Positions 24,076 through 35,890 of a stretch of 64,000 bases of DNA are shown here, in pieces. The stretch is from positions 9,488,001 to 9,552,000 of the forward strand of contig CM052817.1 of assembly GCA_028534125.1 (NCBI GenBank), written 5' to 3'. A program made the translations under genes and the position numbers. This stretch comes from Lama glama. Taxonomy: Eukaryota. Below the pieces are notes generated by a model. It had not been told where the DNA came from. It searched no databases and saw nothing but the letters and a program-made list of their open reading frames with translations. Each line of letters opens with the position of its first letter. The first letter of the stretch is position 1.

Positions 24076-25311
24076 ATTGGTCCTCAAAATCATCTGGATT
24101 AGTAGGAATTCTTATTCCTCTTTTTTTTTTGGATGAAAAAAAACTGATGCATAAAAGAATTCAGTGAGTAAAGTAAGATTTGAACCCAGATCTGACAAAA
24201 TTCATCAGGACCTGACAGATACAGGCAGGTGGGGAGGGAGACCAGGAGCCAGGGAAGAAAGAAGGGAGGGGGATTTACCTGGATTTATTTTAAGCAGGAG
24301 TAAACCAGGTATTCTAGAATATTCCTTTAGCCTTTGAGTGAGTGATAGTAATTTGAATGGCTTGGTTGGAGAAAGTTTGAGCCAGCATCAGAAAAGAAAA
24401 CTGAAAATTTTAGGAACATGCCATAGATAACATGTTGAATTTAAGTGCTCTTCTATGGAATCCTGAAACCCTCCACTCCAGACATGGAGAAACCAGACTC
24501 CATTATTTGCCAGGAGATGGAGGTTGCACGTTCATGCCGTCATGGTCCACACCTGTGTGTATCTAGAGGCAGTTACCTTATATCATCTAATTTGCTCCTC
24601 ACCAAGATGGCCCCAGAGTGGATACAACCTTCCTCTCAGCCCCACGGTATGGGTAAGAACAGAGGGACAGAGCCCATGTGTGAACCAAACCTCACCCAAA
24701 TCCAGAGTTCTTCAGCTCCAGTCACAGGCATCCGTCCAGGAGAGCACCCAGCCCAAGGGTGCTAGCCCTGCATTCCACACTCCACGAACCCCGAGGTACA
24801 TCCCTGTCTATCCCACACTCTGCACAGCCTCTCCGGGATGCTGAGTGGCATCTCCCTTCTCAGAGTATGGGCTGGGGCCATGAGGCTCCGGGAGAGTAGA
24901 GGATGAAATGGGAGAGGTGTTTGACCCAGGAATTCCTTGTGAGTCTGCTTTGCCTGTCTGCAAATCTATTTCCTTTCTCCATCTCCTAGCAAGAAACTGC
25001 AGTAATTAGCTTTTTTTTTTTAAAGCCTCGTAGAGAGTTTTCAAGAGGGATTTCAGTGAAAGTGTAGGGGTAAGAGGAACCAGGAAAACAGGTGAATTCC
25101 AAAGACTGGGAGTTTGCTATCCTTCAACAAGGAAGCAATCATGACAATTGCAGTAAAAGCCCAGAAATAGACTATGAGCTTGGCTGGGGACACGGTCTCC
25201 CTCACTGAACACTGACTGGTCCCCCGGGGCAGCTCTGCAGAGCTCTCCCACAGTGCCTGAGAGAGGTGGGGAGGGAACGGACCTTCTGGGAAAGCTAAAG
25301 CACATTCTAGG

Positions 25312-25480
25312 TCAGTGGTTCCCAAGCCGGGCCTTTCTCAGAGTCACCTGGGAGCTTGTTAAGAGGTAGACTCCTAAAGATTCTGACTCTGAACATGTAG
25401 GGCAGGGCCAGGACATCTGCTGTCTTAAGAGGGTCCCTGGAAATTCCGAGGACAAGATGGGTCCTAGAACCATCACTCCA
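25312..25480. mobile_element. MER5A-like hAT-Charlie MITE
   Basis: CAGTGGTTCCCAA terminus; AGAGTCACCTGGGAGCTTGTTAA; AGATTCTGACTC; ends ...AGAACCATCACT. Confidence 0.8.
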
Positions 25481-25699
25481 GGTAGCTTCCTTGCTGTGTG
25501 ACCTGGGGCAAGGGAGGCCACCTCTCTGAGCCTGTAGCATAGAGAGGGCTTGCAAGAAATCCTTGACTAGACGAAGCTAGGCAGCCTGATGCATGTCGGT
25601 AGGGGAAAGCCCAGGTGAGTCAGAGCCCGCCCAGACCTCAAAACCCCAGCCCTGGGCAGAGCTGCGCACTCACCGAGCGCTGCTGAGTGAAACAGAATG

Positions 25700-25940
25700 T
25701 TGGAGAAAACAGATGTGTATGGACCCCACTTTTTAAACTAAATTATCTCAGTATGTGTACATGTTTGTGCAGAGTGAAAAATGTGTGGAAGAATGTGCAT
25801 GCAAGTCTGTTAATGGGAATCATTGAGGACTAGAATTCAGAGGAAGAGATTTGTGGAAAGTGACTCACATTTTTTTCTTTATATACTTCTGTATGGTTTT
25901 GATTTTTTACAACAAATATGTTAATAACTTTCCACAAAAA
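25700..25940 (+). mobile_element. Old LINE-1 (L1ME-like) 3' end
   Basis: TTTTTTCTTTATATACTTCTGTATGGTTTTGATTTTTTACAACAAATATG. Confidence 0.55.
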
Positions 25941-25943
25941 CAA

Positions 25944-26030
25944 ATATATATATATATATAACTGAATCTCTCTACTGTACCTATGAAACTAATGCAGCAT
26001 TGTAAATCAGCTATACTTCAATTTAAAAAA
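25944..26030 (+). mobile_element. Short cetartiodactyl LINE-1 3' tip
   Basis: ATATAACTGAATC...CTGTACC..GAAACTAA...CATTGTAAATCAGCTATACTTCAATTTAAAAAA, matching the L1 end at 49795-49870. Confidence 0.8.
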
Positions 26031-26232
26031 CAGAATAGGTGTTTGATCCCAACTGAATTGGACTCTGCTGTTCACACTTGGGGACTGCGGGCGAGATGGA
26101 GAGGAGTCTCACAGGTCGTAAGCCCTAAGACCTGACTCTAGCACTTTCTTACCTCAAGCACCGGAAGTGGCCTGGGTAAGAAGCCTGCAGCCAAGGGGAT
26201 GCTAAGCATTGATAACAATGTGAACACTCCAT

Positions 26233-26945
26233 CTGTTTCCCAAAAGTAGACTGTCTCATAATGGATCCTTGGGATTTTAATTTATGGAGGTGCTTGACCA
26301 ATGCCATGAAAAGGCCAGGACACCCAGGGCCACCTGGTAAAGCACCTGGCTGGACAGGAGGCAGAAGGAGAGACAGAAAACTCCAGACCAGAACATTTAT
26401 TGTGTCTTCCGCGGGAAGGGTGAGGCAGGACTCGGTAAATAGGATTGGCTAGTTTCAAATATTCCAGCCAGGGGTGGAGGTATAACTCAAGTGGTAGAGC
26501 ACATGCTTAGCATGCACAAGGTCCTAGGTTCAATCCCCAGTACCTCCTCTAAAAATAAATAAATAACCCTAATTACCTCCCATTACCTTCAACCCCCCAA
26601 AAAATTAATTAATTTCTAAAATAATTAAAAAAAGAATATTAAAAAAAAAATTCCAGCCAACTCTGGGGCACAGGGACTGTCCCTAGCTGTCTGGGACCTG
26701 TCTCTGGGGTGATTTGGGGCAGGGGGAGTATTGGCTTGGTGTGTGAGAGCTGGATAAAGGAGCTGTTTGGGGGTCTGGACTCTGGATTGGACTTTGGATA
26801 TGAAAGGCACGCTCCCAGATGAGCCCTTTGCTATGTCTCCAAGTTGGTGAGGCCTGGGAGGGGCAGTCTCTCCCAGGGTAGTGAGGCCATAGATGCCGGG
26901 GCATCAGGAACATAGAAAATAAGAAAATATGGTGACAACAATCGG
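26233..26945 (-). mobile_element. MER74-like ERVL solo LTR, interrupted by a SINE
   Basis: AGGATTGGCTAGTTTCAAATATTCCAGC[SINE]...CTCTGGGGCACAGGGACTGTCCCTAGCTGTCTGG...GGATTGGACTTTGGATATGAAAGGCACGCTC. Confidence 0.7.
26471..26649 (+). mobile_element. tRNA-Ala(AGC)-derived SINE (camelid Vic-1-like) with 10-bp TSD
   Basis: The tRNA-like head 26476-26547 has A box, B box and an AGC anticodon; an A-rich tail follows; the flanking direct repeat ATTCCAGCCA lies at 26461-26470 and 26650-26659. Confidence 0.9.
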
Positions 26946-27149
26946 CTCTGTGATGAATGAATGTCAAATAGACAGATTCAGAATCTAAGGAAACATAGTT
27001 AGAACAATGACCCAATTAAGAGGCCAGTATCCTGGGTCATCACTCAGATGTCCTCTGCAGGGGGCGAGATGGGTAAATAGAAGGAGGCAGGGCCAAGACC
27101 AGGGGCCCAAGAGCAGGGCCAATAATCTAAATGACACTGAACAAAACAG

Positions 27150-27370
27150 CAGAAAGTCATCAGGCCTACTGTGTGCTGAGCCAAAACCAAGCACCCTAAA
27201 TATATTATCTCTAACAAACCTTTGAAACAGTATTACTATCACCATTTGACAGATGAGAAAACTGAGGCTCAGAGGGGATAAGTGCTTTACACAAATTCAC
27301 CCAGCCTGTAAATGGTGGGGACAGGATTTCATCTCTGTCAGGATGATTCCAAATTTAAAGCCTGATTCCT
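27150..27370 (-). mobile_element. MIR SINE
   Basis: CCATTTGACAGATGAGAAAACTGAGGCTCAGAGGGGATAAGTG. Confidence 0.9.
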
Positions 27371-29089
27371 CATAAATGTGGGCTTGAACCTGGGCCGATG
27401 CTGCTCTCCAAGGAGACTGAGTCTGGTGAGCTAAGGGGAAGGCAGAGGGTTTTATACAATGATGGTTCCCTGTCAGGATGTTGCCACATGACAGTTCCAA
27501 GCACAGCACAGCAGCCAAACAAGTAACTTAGTGCAGCTGAGACTTCCATAAAGCTCTAATCAAGGCAGGTGGCACTCCAGTGGCTGGGCAGCAGGACTAG
27601 AGGAAGGCTGCAGCCAGAGAGCACCCAGATGTGAGAACTCAGCACTTATACTGCACCCTGGGCCCCTCAGTCCAGATCCCCACCAAAGAGGGACAGAGCC
27701 AGCCTCAGTCAGGTTCGGAGACAAGGCTGGACCCAGAGGGGCCAGCAGTGGACAGGAGGGAGCAGTGCTTCTAAACGGGAGGGCCAGGGGCAGACAGGGA
27801 CTTACAGAGTTCTTATCCAGAGGTCAAGTGAATTAACACAACCGTGCACTAACTCTTCTGTGAGCTTCCAGTGTTAACTTTAGTTTGAGGGGAACTTGAG
27901 GAGCCCCAAAGTTTGCTAATCACACGACAGGGCTGACTTCAGGCATCTCTTTCTCCTAAAGGCCTTTTGCAACCATCCAACCTTGGGTGAACGTCTGATC
28001 TATGAGATCACCAGAGCTCACAGTCGTGGCTAGGCACACATGCTCCATGTCACACTGGGCATGAAGACCATAAGTCATGGCTCTTCCTTCAAGGGACTCA
28101 CAGTCATCAGAATGAGACCATCTCAGCACCCTCTAGGCTGTGAACACTCCCAGAGACTCTAAGGCTTCACTTAGAAACAGGCTTTCTGAGAAATGAAAAT
28201 AAGCAACACTGTTTGGAATCAGCTTCACTCTAGATCCTAAATTAGGACACATAACAGCCCACCTGAAAAAGCCCCACTCACAGCCAAGGAGTTGCATTAA
28301 CAAACCCCATGAAAATCCCCCACCCAATACCGGCAACTATTCTACCTCCAAAACTCCCCAAATCATCCAAACTGCATTTGAAGTTACCAGGGCATACAGT
28401 GAGATAAAGTGCCACCCCCGCACCCCCTCCCAGCCCCACGCAGAGCCCATCCTCAACCAGACCACCACTCGAGCATTGCAACAAATCTGGTCTTGCTGTT
28501 CTCCTCCATCTTGGCTACTACCCTTAATCACTCATGCACTCATTCAGCCAACAGTTTCCTGAGGACCAGTCATGGGTCAGAGGCTGTATTTGTTTCCGGC
28601 AACACAAACAGGCATGAGATATGGTCCTAAGTGAAAATGAGCTTTTAGGCCCTCAAAACAATAGCGACTTTATTTTTCCACACCCTGCTGGGAATTTTGA
28701 AACACATGGGGTTGGTTACCAAGAGTTCTAATGAACCCCAGCTAGGATCCATTTACCAAACACGAAGCACAAGCCCAATCATATTAGACTCATGCTTAAC
28801 CATCATTGATCTCTCATCAGTGTGCAAGCGCCTTTATTTGACATCTTGACAGATTCCTGCCTACTATTCATGCCTTCTCCTCCAATGTTAACCTGCAAAG
28901 GCTCTGTGCTTTCAAAATTTCCGTTCCATGACCATCTTTGCCCACGCTCAGGTCTCCTTTGAATGGGCACCTCCTACTCAAACTTCAGAGCTGAGTTCAG
29001 ACACCCATTTCTCCAGAAGACCTTCCGTGACCATCCATCTTGAGGCAGCAGTCCACTTCAGCATCCCTGGGTGTCTCTGTAAGCGCTCT

Positions 29090-29300
29090 AGATAGTGGTT
29101 GAGCACATGCATTCTTTGTCACACTGCCTGCACTGCCCATTCCAAATCTGCTACTCTGTGACCCTGGCAGAGTTCCTTCATATCCCTAAGCCTCAGTTTC
29201 CTTTTACCTATAATGAGTTGTACGGATTAAATGAGATGGCCCTGGTAAAGACGTAGCCCAGTGCTTGAGCACATAGTAAGCACTTAAGTGTTAGCTGCTG
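29090..29300 (+). mobile_element. MIR SINE inside an L2 3' fragment (L2 ~28930-29425)
   Basis: CTAAGCCTCAGTTTCC...GGATTAAATGAGATG...CCCAGTGCTTGAGCACATAGTAAGCACTTAA; the L2 terminus GAATGAATGAA lies at ~29411. Confidence 0.8.
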
Positions 29301-29464
29301 GAATCTCAGAATATTTACAACACTGACTTTAATTGTTACCTTAATTTGACTATCACTTCCTCATGCACTGCTTGCATGACTCTAAATAACTATATAGGTG
29401 TTAAGGACATGAATGAATGAATTGATAGGCCACTTGCAAAATTTGCAAAGTGCTTTTCAAGTAA

Positions 29465-29700
29465 TTTGTCCTGAGTGCCCACTTGGGGCCGGACACTGCT
29501 CCAGGGGCTTTCCCAGATATCAGCTCATCTGCTCTTCCCAATATTCCTAGGGGATTAAAAAATCCGCTGCTATGATTACATTTCTCAGATGAGAAAAATA
29601 AGCCCAGAAAGTTTATGCAATTTTTCCAGGGCTTTGCCATTAAAGAATGGTAAGACAGGGGTTTAAGCCCAGATTGCCTGGCTCCAGAGAGGAGCTGTTA
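29465..29700 (-). mobile_element. MIR SINE
   Basis: CATTTCTCAGATGAGAAAAATAAGCCCAGAAAGTTTATGCAATTT. Confidence 0.7.
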
Positions 29701-30295
29701 CTGTGATCCAACACGCACCCTGGATTTTAGGGAAACAAGACTGAAGCTAAGATCATTGTCTCTGGGCCAATAATAATTCCAAGATGTAACGCTTCATTCT
29801 TAGAGAATGTCTAAGATCGTACATATATTTTTTAATTGTAGAGAGAAGAAATAACTGAAAAAAGAAGAAAGCATTTACGGACCGTAAATTGCAGGAAAAC
29901 CTAAAGGCAGCAGCTCCCATGGCTGTGATAGGGTTAGATGATCTGTGTAATCCATCTGAAATCAGCCGAGTCTGTTCAGAGGTAGTAAATAATGCTGTCA
30001 ACAGCACTAAATTTGGTGCACAAGAAGATACATGAAAGGAAGTGGAGAGAAACAGAAAAGGGTTAGGTTCTAGTGTTTTGTTTCCCAGTGAACACAAGAA
30101 ATCTGAAACCCTCTGCAACAAAGAAGATTACTTTGGGGATTCTACAAAATTTCCCCTTCAAAACTCAGGGAAACCATGTCCACGATGGGTGATGGATGGT
30201 CTGCTCTGATTCACACCCTCCTGCCAGCCCTTCCAACCTCCTCCATGTCCAGACTTCCTAACATCTGATACAGAAATTGCTGGCTTTTCTTGCCC

Positions 30296-30715
30296 TATAT
30301 TAGTCAGAGGCTGCATTACACAGGAGTAACAAACACATCCCAAATCTCAGACCACAAATCTTAAGACCACAAAGATTTATGTATTTTTATTGCTGTTATA
30401 GTTATTGCTACATTTTGTTGTTGCTACAATATTGTTAATAGCTGCATGCTCAATGTGGGGCAACAGAGAAGGCATTCAGGGACCGGGCCAGCTCCGCCAT
30501 CTTCCTGTACTGTACCACCATCATGGCTCAAGGCTTCATAGTTCACTGTGGAAAGGGAGGAAAGCATGGCGGTGGTTCTTGTCACTTACACTCACATTAT
30601 GCCGCCCAAGCAATTCACCTGGTCACAACTAGCTTTGAAGGTGGAGGAAAGGGGACATTGCGGAAGAGGACAGAACTGGAAATGCTGGTGGGCACAAGTG
30701 CTGTGTACCTCACGT
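30296..30715 (-). mobile_element. Old MaLR LTR (MLT1I/J-like)
   Basis: TATATTAGTCAG...GTAACAAACACATCCCAAATCTCAG...ACAAAGATTTAT; GGCATTCAGGGACC. Confidence 0.65.
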
Positions 30716-31149
30716 AGGAGAAGTCAGAATACCCCTACAAAGGTCTGTTTCCACATTGCAGATGGTCAGTGAGGAGGGAGTGGTAAATAAACAAACTGGA
30801 ACCAGGAATACATGCCATATTGGTTTTTTAGGACGTCTCTCGTTAGGAGAGCCTGGCTGGTGTGAAAACGGATGAGTAGGGCTGGAAAGAGAGAACCTTG
30901 GAGTCATAGCTTTCTCATGAGCTACACTGATCCTCTGGAGACCAAAGGCTGCATAGGAGGGCAGAAACCACAATCAAATTTGGAGCCCAGTTACCTGTGG
31001 CCCCCATCCCCTCTCTGCACTATTGTTGGTCAAACAGCTGGATGTACCTACTAATGTCTGAGTAACACCCAGAAAGAAACCAGGTGGCCAGGGCCCCTGC
31101 ATGGGGGATGCGAGAGGGAGAAGACAGGGAGGAAAAACAAATACAGAAG

Positions 31150-32330
31150 GCAGATTAAAATATATATGACATGAATGATCTATCCCAGAGAACAAGGAGA
31201 TTATTTCTCTTCAGTTTTAAACAAACTGACAATGTGGGTTTAAAGAAAAAGCAGGTTCAAAGAAGAAACAGAAGTGATCAAAAGAGAAATAAAAAGAAAA
31301 TCAGTTGAAAAGCAAGCTGGAAGATAAAAATAAAGCAATTATAGAGATGAAAGTCAATTTAGAAGCAACAGAAAAGAGATAAGAGCTGTTGAAAGCACAA
31401 GCCAAGCGTAAGATAGCACACGCAATGAAACAGAAAGGGAGAATGAAATAAAAATGATTACACAGCAGACAACACAAACTGAGAGAAAAGGGAGGCTGAC
31501 AAACACACACTGATATTCTGAACAGGACAAAGGGGAACAGGGGAAAAAGCTGGAAGAAAATTTTAAAAAGGCTCTTGAAGTAAAGAAAGCTAGACATCTC
31601 TAGATTTAAAGGGCACACCCACCGTATTCTAGCGGGGGAAGCAGAATTGGCAACATGAGGATGTGTACTGTGAAGATACTGAAATTCGGGGGGGAAATGT
31701 TCCATCTGCGTCGTGCGGAGAACGCAGACCACAAGATTCCTCTCTGTCCCGCTATGACCCTCGGCACAAGAAAACAACAGGACATCTACCACATTCTTAG
31801 GGGGAAAGGGCGACCCAAGAGTTTTCTGCTCAGGCAAATTATGCTGCAACTATAAATGAAACAGGCACACGTTCTTAAACATGCAGGAATTCAAGGACCA
31901 CAGTAACAAAGCGCTTCTTGAAAAATATTTGATGATGAAATCCAGCATCCAGGACAAGGCATGAATCAAAATTAAACACCCAGGCATGGAGAAAAAGGAC
32001 AACAGTACACTCTAGATTCGTTTAATCATAGCACTGAAACTGGGAATGTGTTGGCAGCACAGAATATAAACATGGTAATTCCAGGCAGTCCAAAAATAAT
32101 AATGTAACTAATAAGAATCAGGAGAATCAGGGTGGAAGAAAGCAGGAAGGGCATAAACTCATCCTCTTTCACGGCACAAAGTAAATGCGTATTGTATTAA
32201 GTGGAAACATACAGAGTTTTATAAAAACAAAATAATGCCAAACTCTTAATATTTTTTCATAATTGTCTTCTATCCTTAGAAACATCTTTCAGGGGCTAAT
32301 ATCAGTTGTTATGAATAAATATTTTTCTGA
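31150..32330 (+). mobile_element. Ancient L1 ORF1-derived relic (HAL1-like or L1M 5' region)
   Basis: A-rich coiled-coil-like coding remnant (IIEMKVNLEATEKR); an RAH motif at ~31610; ORF 31655-31855 (RMCTVKILKF...TLGTRKQQDIYHILRGK) resembles the L1 ORF1p RRM/CTD motifs RHIIVKF and TLEARRQW..IFKILREK. Confidence 0.7.
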
Positions 32331-32565
32331 GGTTTTACAATTCCTTCTGTTTGATTCTAGTTTGTTTTTCTTCTGGGAAACTCAAGCAGACTTAGGTTTC
32401 GCTTGGAGAGCGCAGACCCTCGCGCACAACACTCAGGCTTCCCAAATTGGGCTCAGTAATCACTTCAATTTAATGTACATTGAGTTATTTGGAATTTTAA
32501 TAATTTGCATATTATTCCGTGGAGTTACTAATGGAGTCAGCGCCCACTTTTCCTTGGTGATAAAT

Positions 32566-33065
32566 GTGTCAATTAGGGACACTTTGGCTGCAATCAACAG
32601 AATATCCGAGTAACAGCAGCTTAAACTAGGAAGGGTTTTTATTTCTTCACATAGCAAAAAATCAGAGGGTCGCTGGCATCGGTTCAACAGCTCATTAAAG
32701 CCACTAAGATCCAGGCTGCTTCTCTCTTCCCACTATTTCATTCTTAACATGTTATCTTTCATCCTCATGCTTGTCATCAAGATGGCTCTGAGCTTGAGAC
32801 AGAGCTTCTGTGCTCATCACAGGCGGAAGAGAAGGCAGGGAGGTACCGATTGTGTCTGTCTTTGCAATGGGAAAGTAAACCTTTCCAGAATTCTCCATTT
32901 GATGTATTTTTGTACCCGATTGACTAGAATCATGTCACCAGCCTCCCAAGGCCACCTGCAAATGAGGCTACGCAGTGGGCATACATTGCCATCTTACGAA
33001 ATCGGAATTCTGGTAGCAATAGTAGAGGAGAAATGGATATTGATTTATTCCCAGTATCTGCCACA
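32566..33065 (-). mobile_element. Old MaLR LTR (MLT1K/L-like)
   Basis: TGTGTCAATTAGGG...TTGGCTGCAATCAACAGAA...AACAGCAGCTTAAAC...ATCAAGATGGCT; ends GTATCTGCCACA. Confidence 0.65.
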
Positions 33066-33109
33066 AAAAGAAACCCAGAAAGCTCAGGAAACTAAAATGT
33101 AGCAACCCT

Positions 33110-33790
33110 GTTCCTTCCTCCTAGTCCATCTCTGTTGAGGAGTTATCACTTCCCCTACTGAGTGTTTTGTCACATGGATAATTTTGGTTTAGGATAAAAT
33201 CTGAACAGAGTGATCTTTCAAAGATGAAAACCAGATAACGTTCCTCTCCCACTTCCTTCAAGATCTTCCCGATGAACTCCAAATACAATTTAAACTCCTC
33301 CCCATGGTCTCCAAGACCCAGCAGGATGTAGCCCAGCATAATCTAGCTCATCTTCAGTAAATACCCTTGCCCTGGTTCTCTCCCAGCCATCTCATGCCCT
33401 CCCTGCTCTCCTGGGAACAGGCTGGATTATTCCTACTTCAGTGTCCTGACAAGGGCTACCCCTCTGCAGGGACCTCTCATCCCCCCAGATTCATGGGTCA
33501 CACCTTTGCCTCATTTACATCTCTACTCTAATGTTGCCTCCTCTGGAGACCTCCTCTGATCTCCTCCCCAAGACTCACCGTCCTCTTAAGTGCTCTCTAG
33601 ACATCCCAGCACCTCCTGCTCCTTGAGATTATCACTGCATTTGTTCCCTCGGTTGACATCTGCCTGCCACTCTACAGCACCACTCCCTGAGGGCAGGACT
33701 ATTTTCTGTCTTATTTGCCCTGTTTCCCCAGTGCCTGGATTCGTGCTTTGCACATCTTAGATTCTCAGCTGATCTCTGTTGAGTGAGCAA
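33110..33790 (+). mobile_element. LINE-2 3' region
   Basis: CAGAGTGATCTTTCAAA...CTCCCTGAGGGCAGGACT...TGTTTCCCCAGTGCCTGG...TGTTGAGTGAG. Confidence 0.8.
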
Positions 33791-34844
33791 GGGGATGGAC
33801 CAGAGTTAAAAACCCAGAGATCAATATCCAAGCAGAACCAGCAGGGACATGAGTTCAGGGTAGCAGACTGAGGGTAGGAACCCACGGAGAGCCCCTAATG
33901 GTGCGATGTATCAGAGAGGAGAGTAAGAAGACAAATAACACGTGCTCACTGCCCTCAAAGGAGCTCGCTGCCCTCAAAGGAGCACACTGCTCACCATGCA
34001 TAGAACAGTTCACACAGGGGACTCTGTAAAGGGAAAGAAGAGGAAAGGAGGGTGTGGGCAAGTATGACAGCCACTAGCTTCACATTTCCAAACTGGAGAA
34101 CGGTGCACAGAGATTCCACTAGAGGCATGCATATTGCAATATTATTGGCAAAAGCAAAAGTTAAAAACAATCAAACCATCCACAATAGGGAATTAGTTGA
34201 GACAACTTCAGCATATACACATAATAAAACATTTAAATTGCATTGCAGAATTAGATTTTATTATACAGAAATGTGAGTAAATATAGAGTAAATGACAAGG
34301 GATTCCCCAAAAAAGTAATGCAGAGAATCGTGTAATTTAAAAAAGAGAGAGAGAAAGAGAGAGACTGTGAATCTTTCCAGATGTAGATCCCAAAATGATA
34401 AGGTTATTTCTGGGTGGTCTGATCACAGCTGATTTTGATTTTCTTTTCTGTTGTTGTTTACCCATATAGCCTCATTTTCCCATGATTAATATGTATTAAT
34501 TGTGTGATCTTCTACTTTGGAATAACTGAGTCAGAATGCACATTTCAAATCCCCTCTCAACAGTATGAAGAAGCACTAGACATCAGAGGCTCTTTCCTCA
34601 GAGCAGGAGAGCAGCCTGCTATTAAATATTATTTTAGGCACATGCAAATGTTTAGAAGTCTCAGCTGGGCATGTGGACAAGCATGTCAGGAGGGCAGCAC
34701 CAACGGCACAGCCAGGAGGTGACCTAGGTGGCCCTAAACTTGAGGGTCAGTAGCACCGTGTGGACTTGGGAAGCAGCCACCAGGGCCAAAATGCCATGTC
34801 AAGTTGCAGCTTGTGCCAGACTCACTCCATCTTCAGCATGTGCA

Positions 34845-34975
34845 AATTAGGTGTCACTCTCCCATTTTACAGATGAGAATCCTGAAGTTCAGGGAGACTC
34901 TCAATTGTCCAATATACTCCAAGAGTGAAAACGAGACCAGCTCTGCCTGACTCCAAAGTTTCCCTGCACCCATTA
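34845..34975 (-). mobile_element. MIR SINE
   Basis: CCCATTTTACAGATGAGAATCCTGAAGTTCAGGGAG. Confidence 0.8.
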
Positions 34976-35215
34976 ACCTTCATACGTGTCAGCCTCAAGC
35001 CTAAGCAAGCGGGAGACACCAAGTGAGCAGTTAACCCAGTGGCTGTCAAACATTTCTTGTTGTTCTGGAACCACTGGTCTGAATAAAATCTTAATCAGAG
35101 GCAAAATCAAATAGAACACTGACTACAATGCAGTATCCAATCTGGGTCCTGGAAAAGACAAAGAGCATCAGTTGGAAAGCTGGTGAAATCTGAGTCTGGA
35201 GTTTAATAGTAAAAA

Positions 35216-35275
35216 GATAGACAGGTAGGTAGGTAGGTAGGTAGGTAGATAGATAGACAGACAGACAGATAGATG
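35216..35275. repeat. (TAGG)n/(TAGA)n/(CAGA)n microsatellite
   Basis: Directly visible. Confidence 0.9.
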
Positions 35276-35516
35276 GAATGATGAGGGTGAGGAGGGGGCT
35301 AATCTGCTAAAGTAGAAACCTATCTACTCCGTCACCACCACCTCCTTCCATCTCAGCTCCAAAGAGAGTTCCAGACCCCCCGAGGGACCACTTTGGATAT
35401 CCTTGAGCTGGCCCAATCAGCTCACTTTTATAGATGAGGAAATCAAAGCCCAAAAATGGAAGTAACTTGGCCAAGACCATTCAGCTAGACGTTGGCAGAG
35501 TGGACTGGAAGCCCAG

Positions 35517-35890
35517 TGTTACGGACTGAATGTTTATGTTCCTTCAAAATTCCTATGCTGAAGCCTTAGCCCTCAATGTGATGGTATTTGGAGATTGGAG
35601 TCTTTGGGAGGTAATTAAGTAGATGAATTTATGAGGGTGGGACCCCCTTGGTGGGATTAGTGTGCCCATAAGAAGAGGGGGAGAGACCAGAGCTCTCTCT
35701 CTTCACCACGTGAGGATACGATCAGAAGGTGGCCGTCTGTAAGCCAGGAAGATGGCTCCACCAGAAACCACATTGGCTGGCACCTTGATCTTGGACTTCC
35801 CCACCTCAAGAACTGTGAGAAATAAATGTCTGGTGTTTAAGCCACCCAGTCCGTGGTATTTTGGTGTAGCAGTTTGAGCTGACTGAGACA
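35517..35890 (+). mobile_element. Complete MLT1A/MLT1A0 solo LTR (MaLR) with 5-bp TSD, inserted in a MIR
   Basis: Starts TGTTACGGACTGAATGTTTATG, has AGAACTGTGAGAAATAAATG and ends GACTGAGACA; CCCAG lies at both 35512-35516 and 35891-35895. Confidence 0.93.

Noticed and set aside
26476..26547. Genuine tRNA-Ala gene
   Set aside because: An A-rich tail, a TSD and insertion inside an LTR indicate a retroposed SINE; several stem positions deviate from tRNA-Ala
31301..31849. 182-aa minus-strand ORF
   Set aside because: Antisense to the A-rich L1-ORF1-like relic; composition-driven
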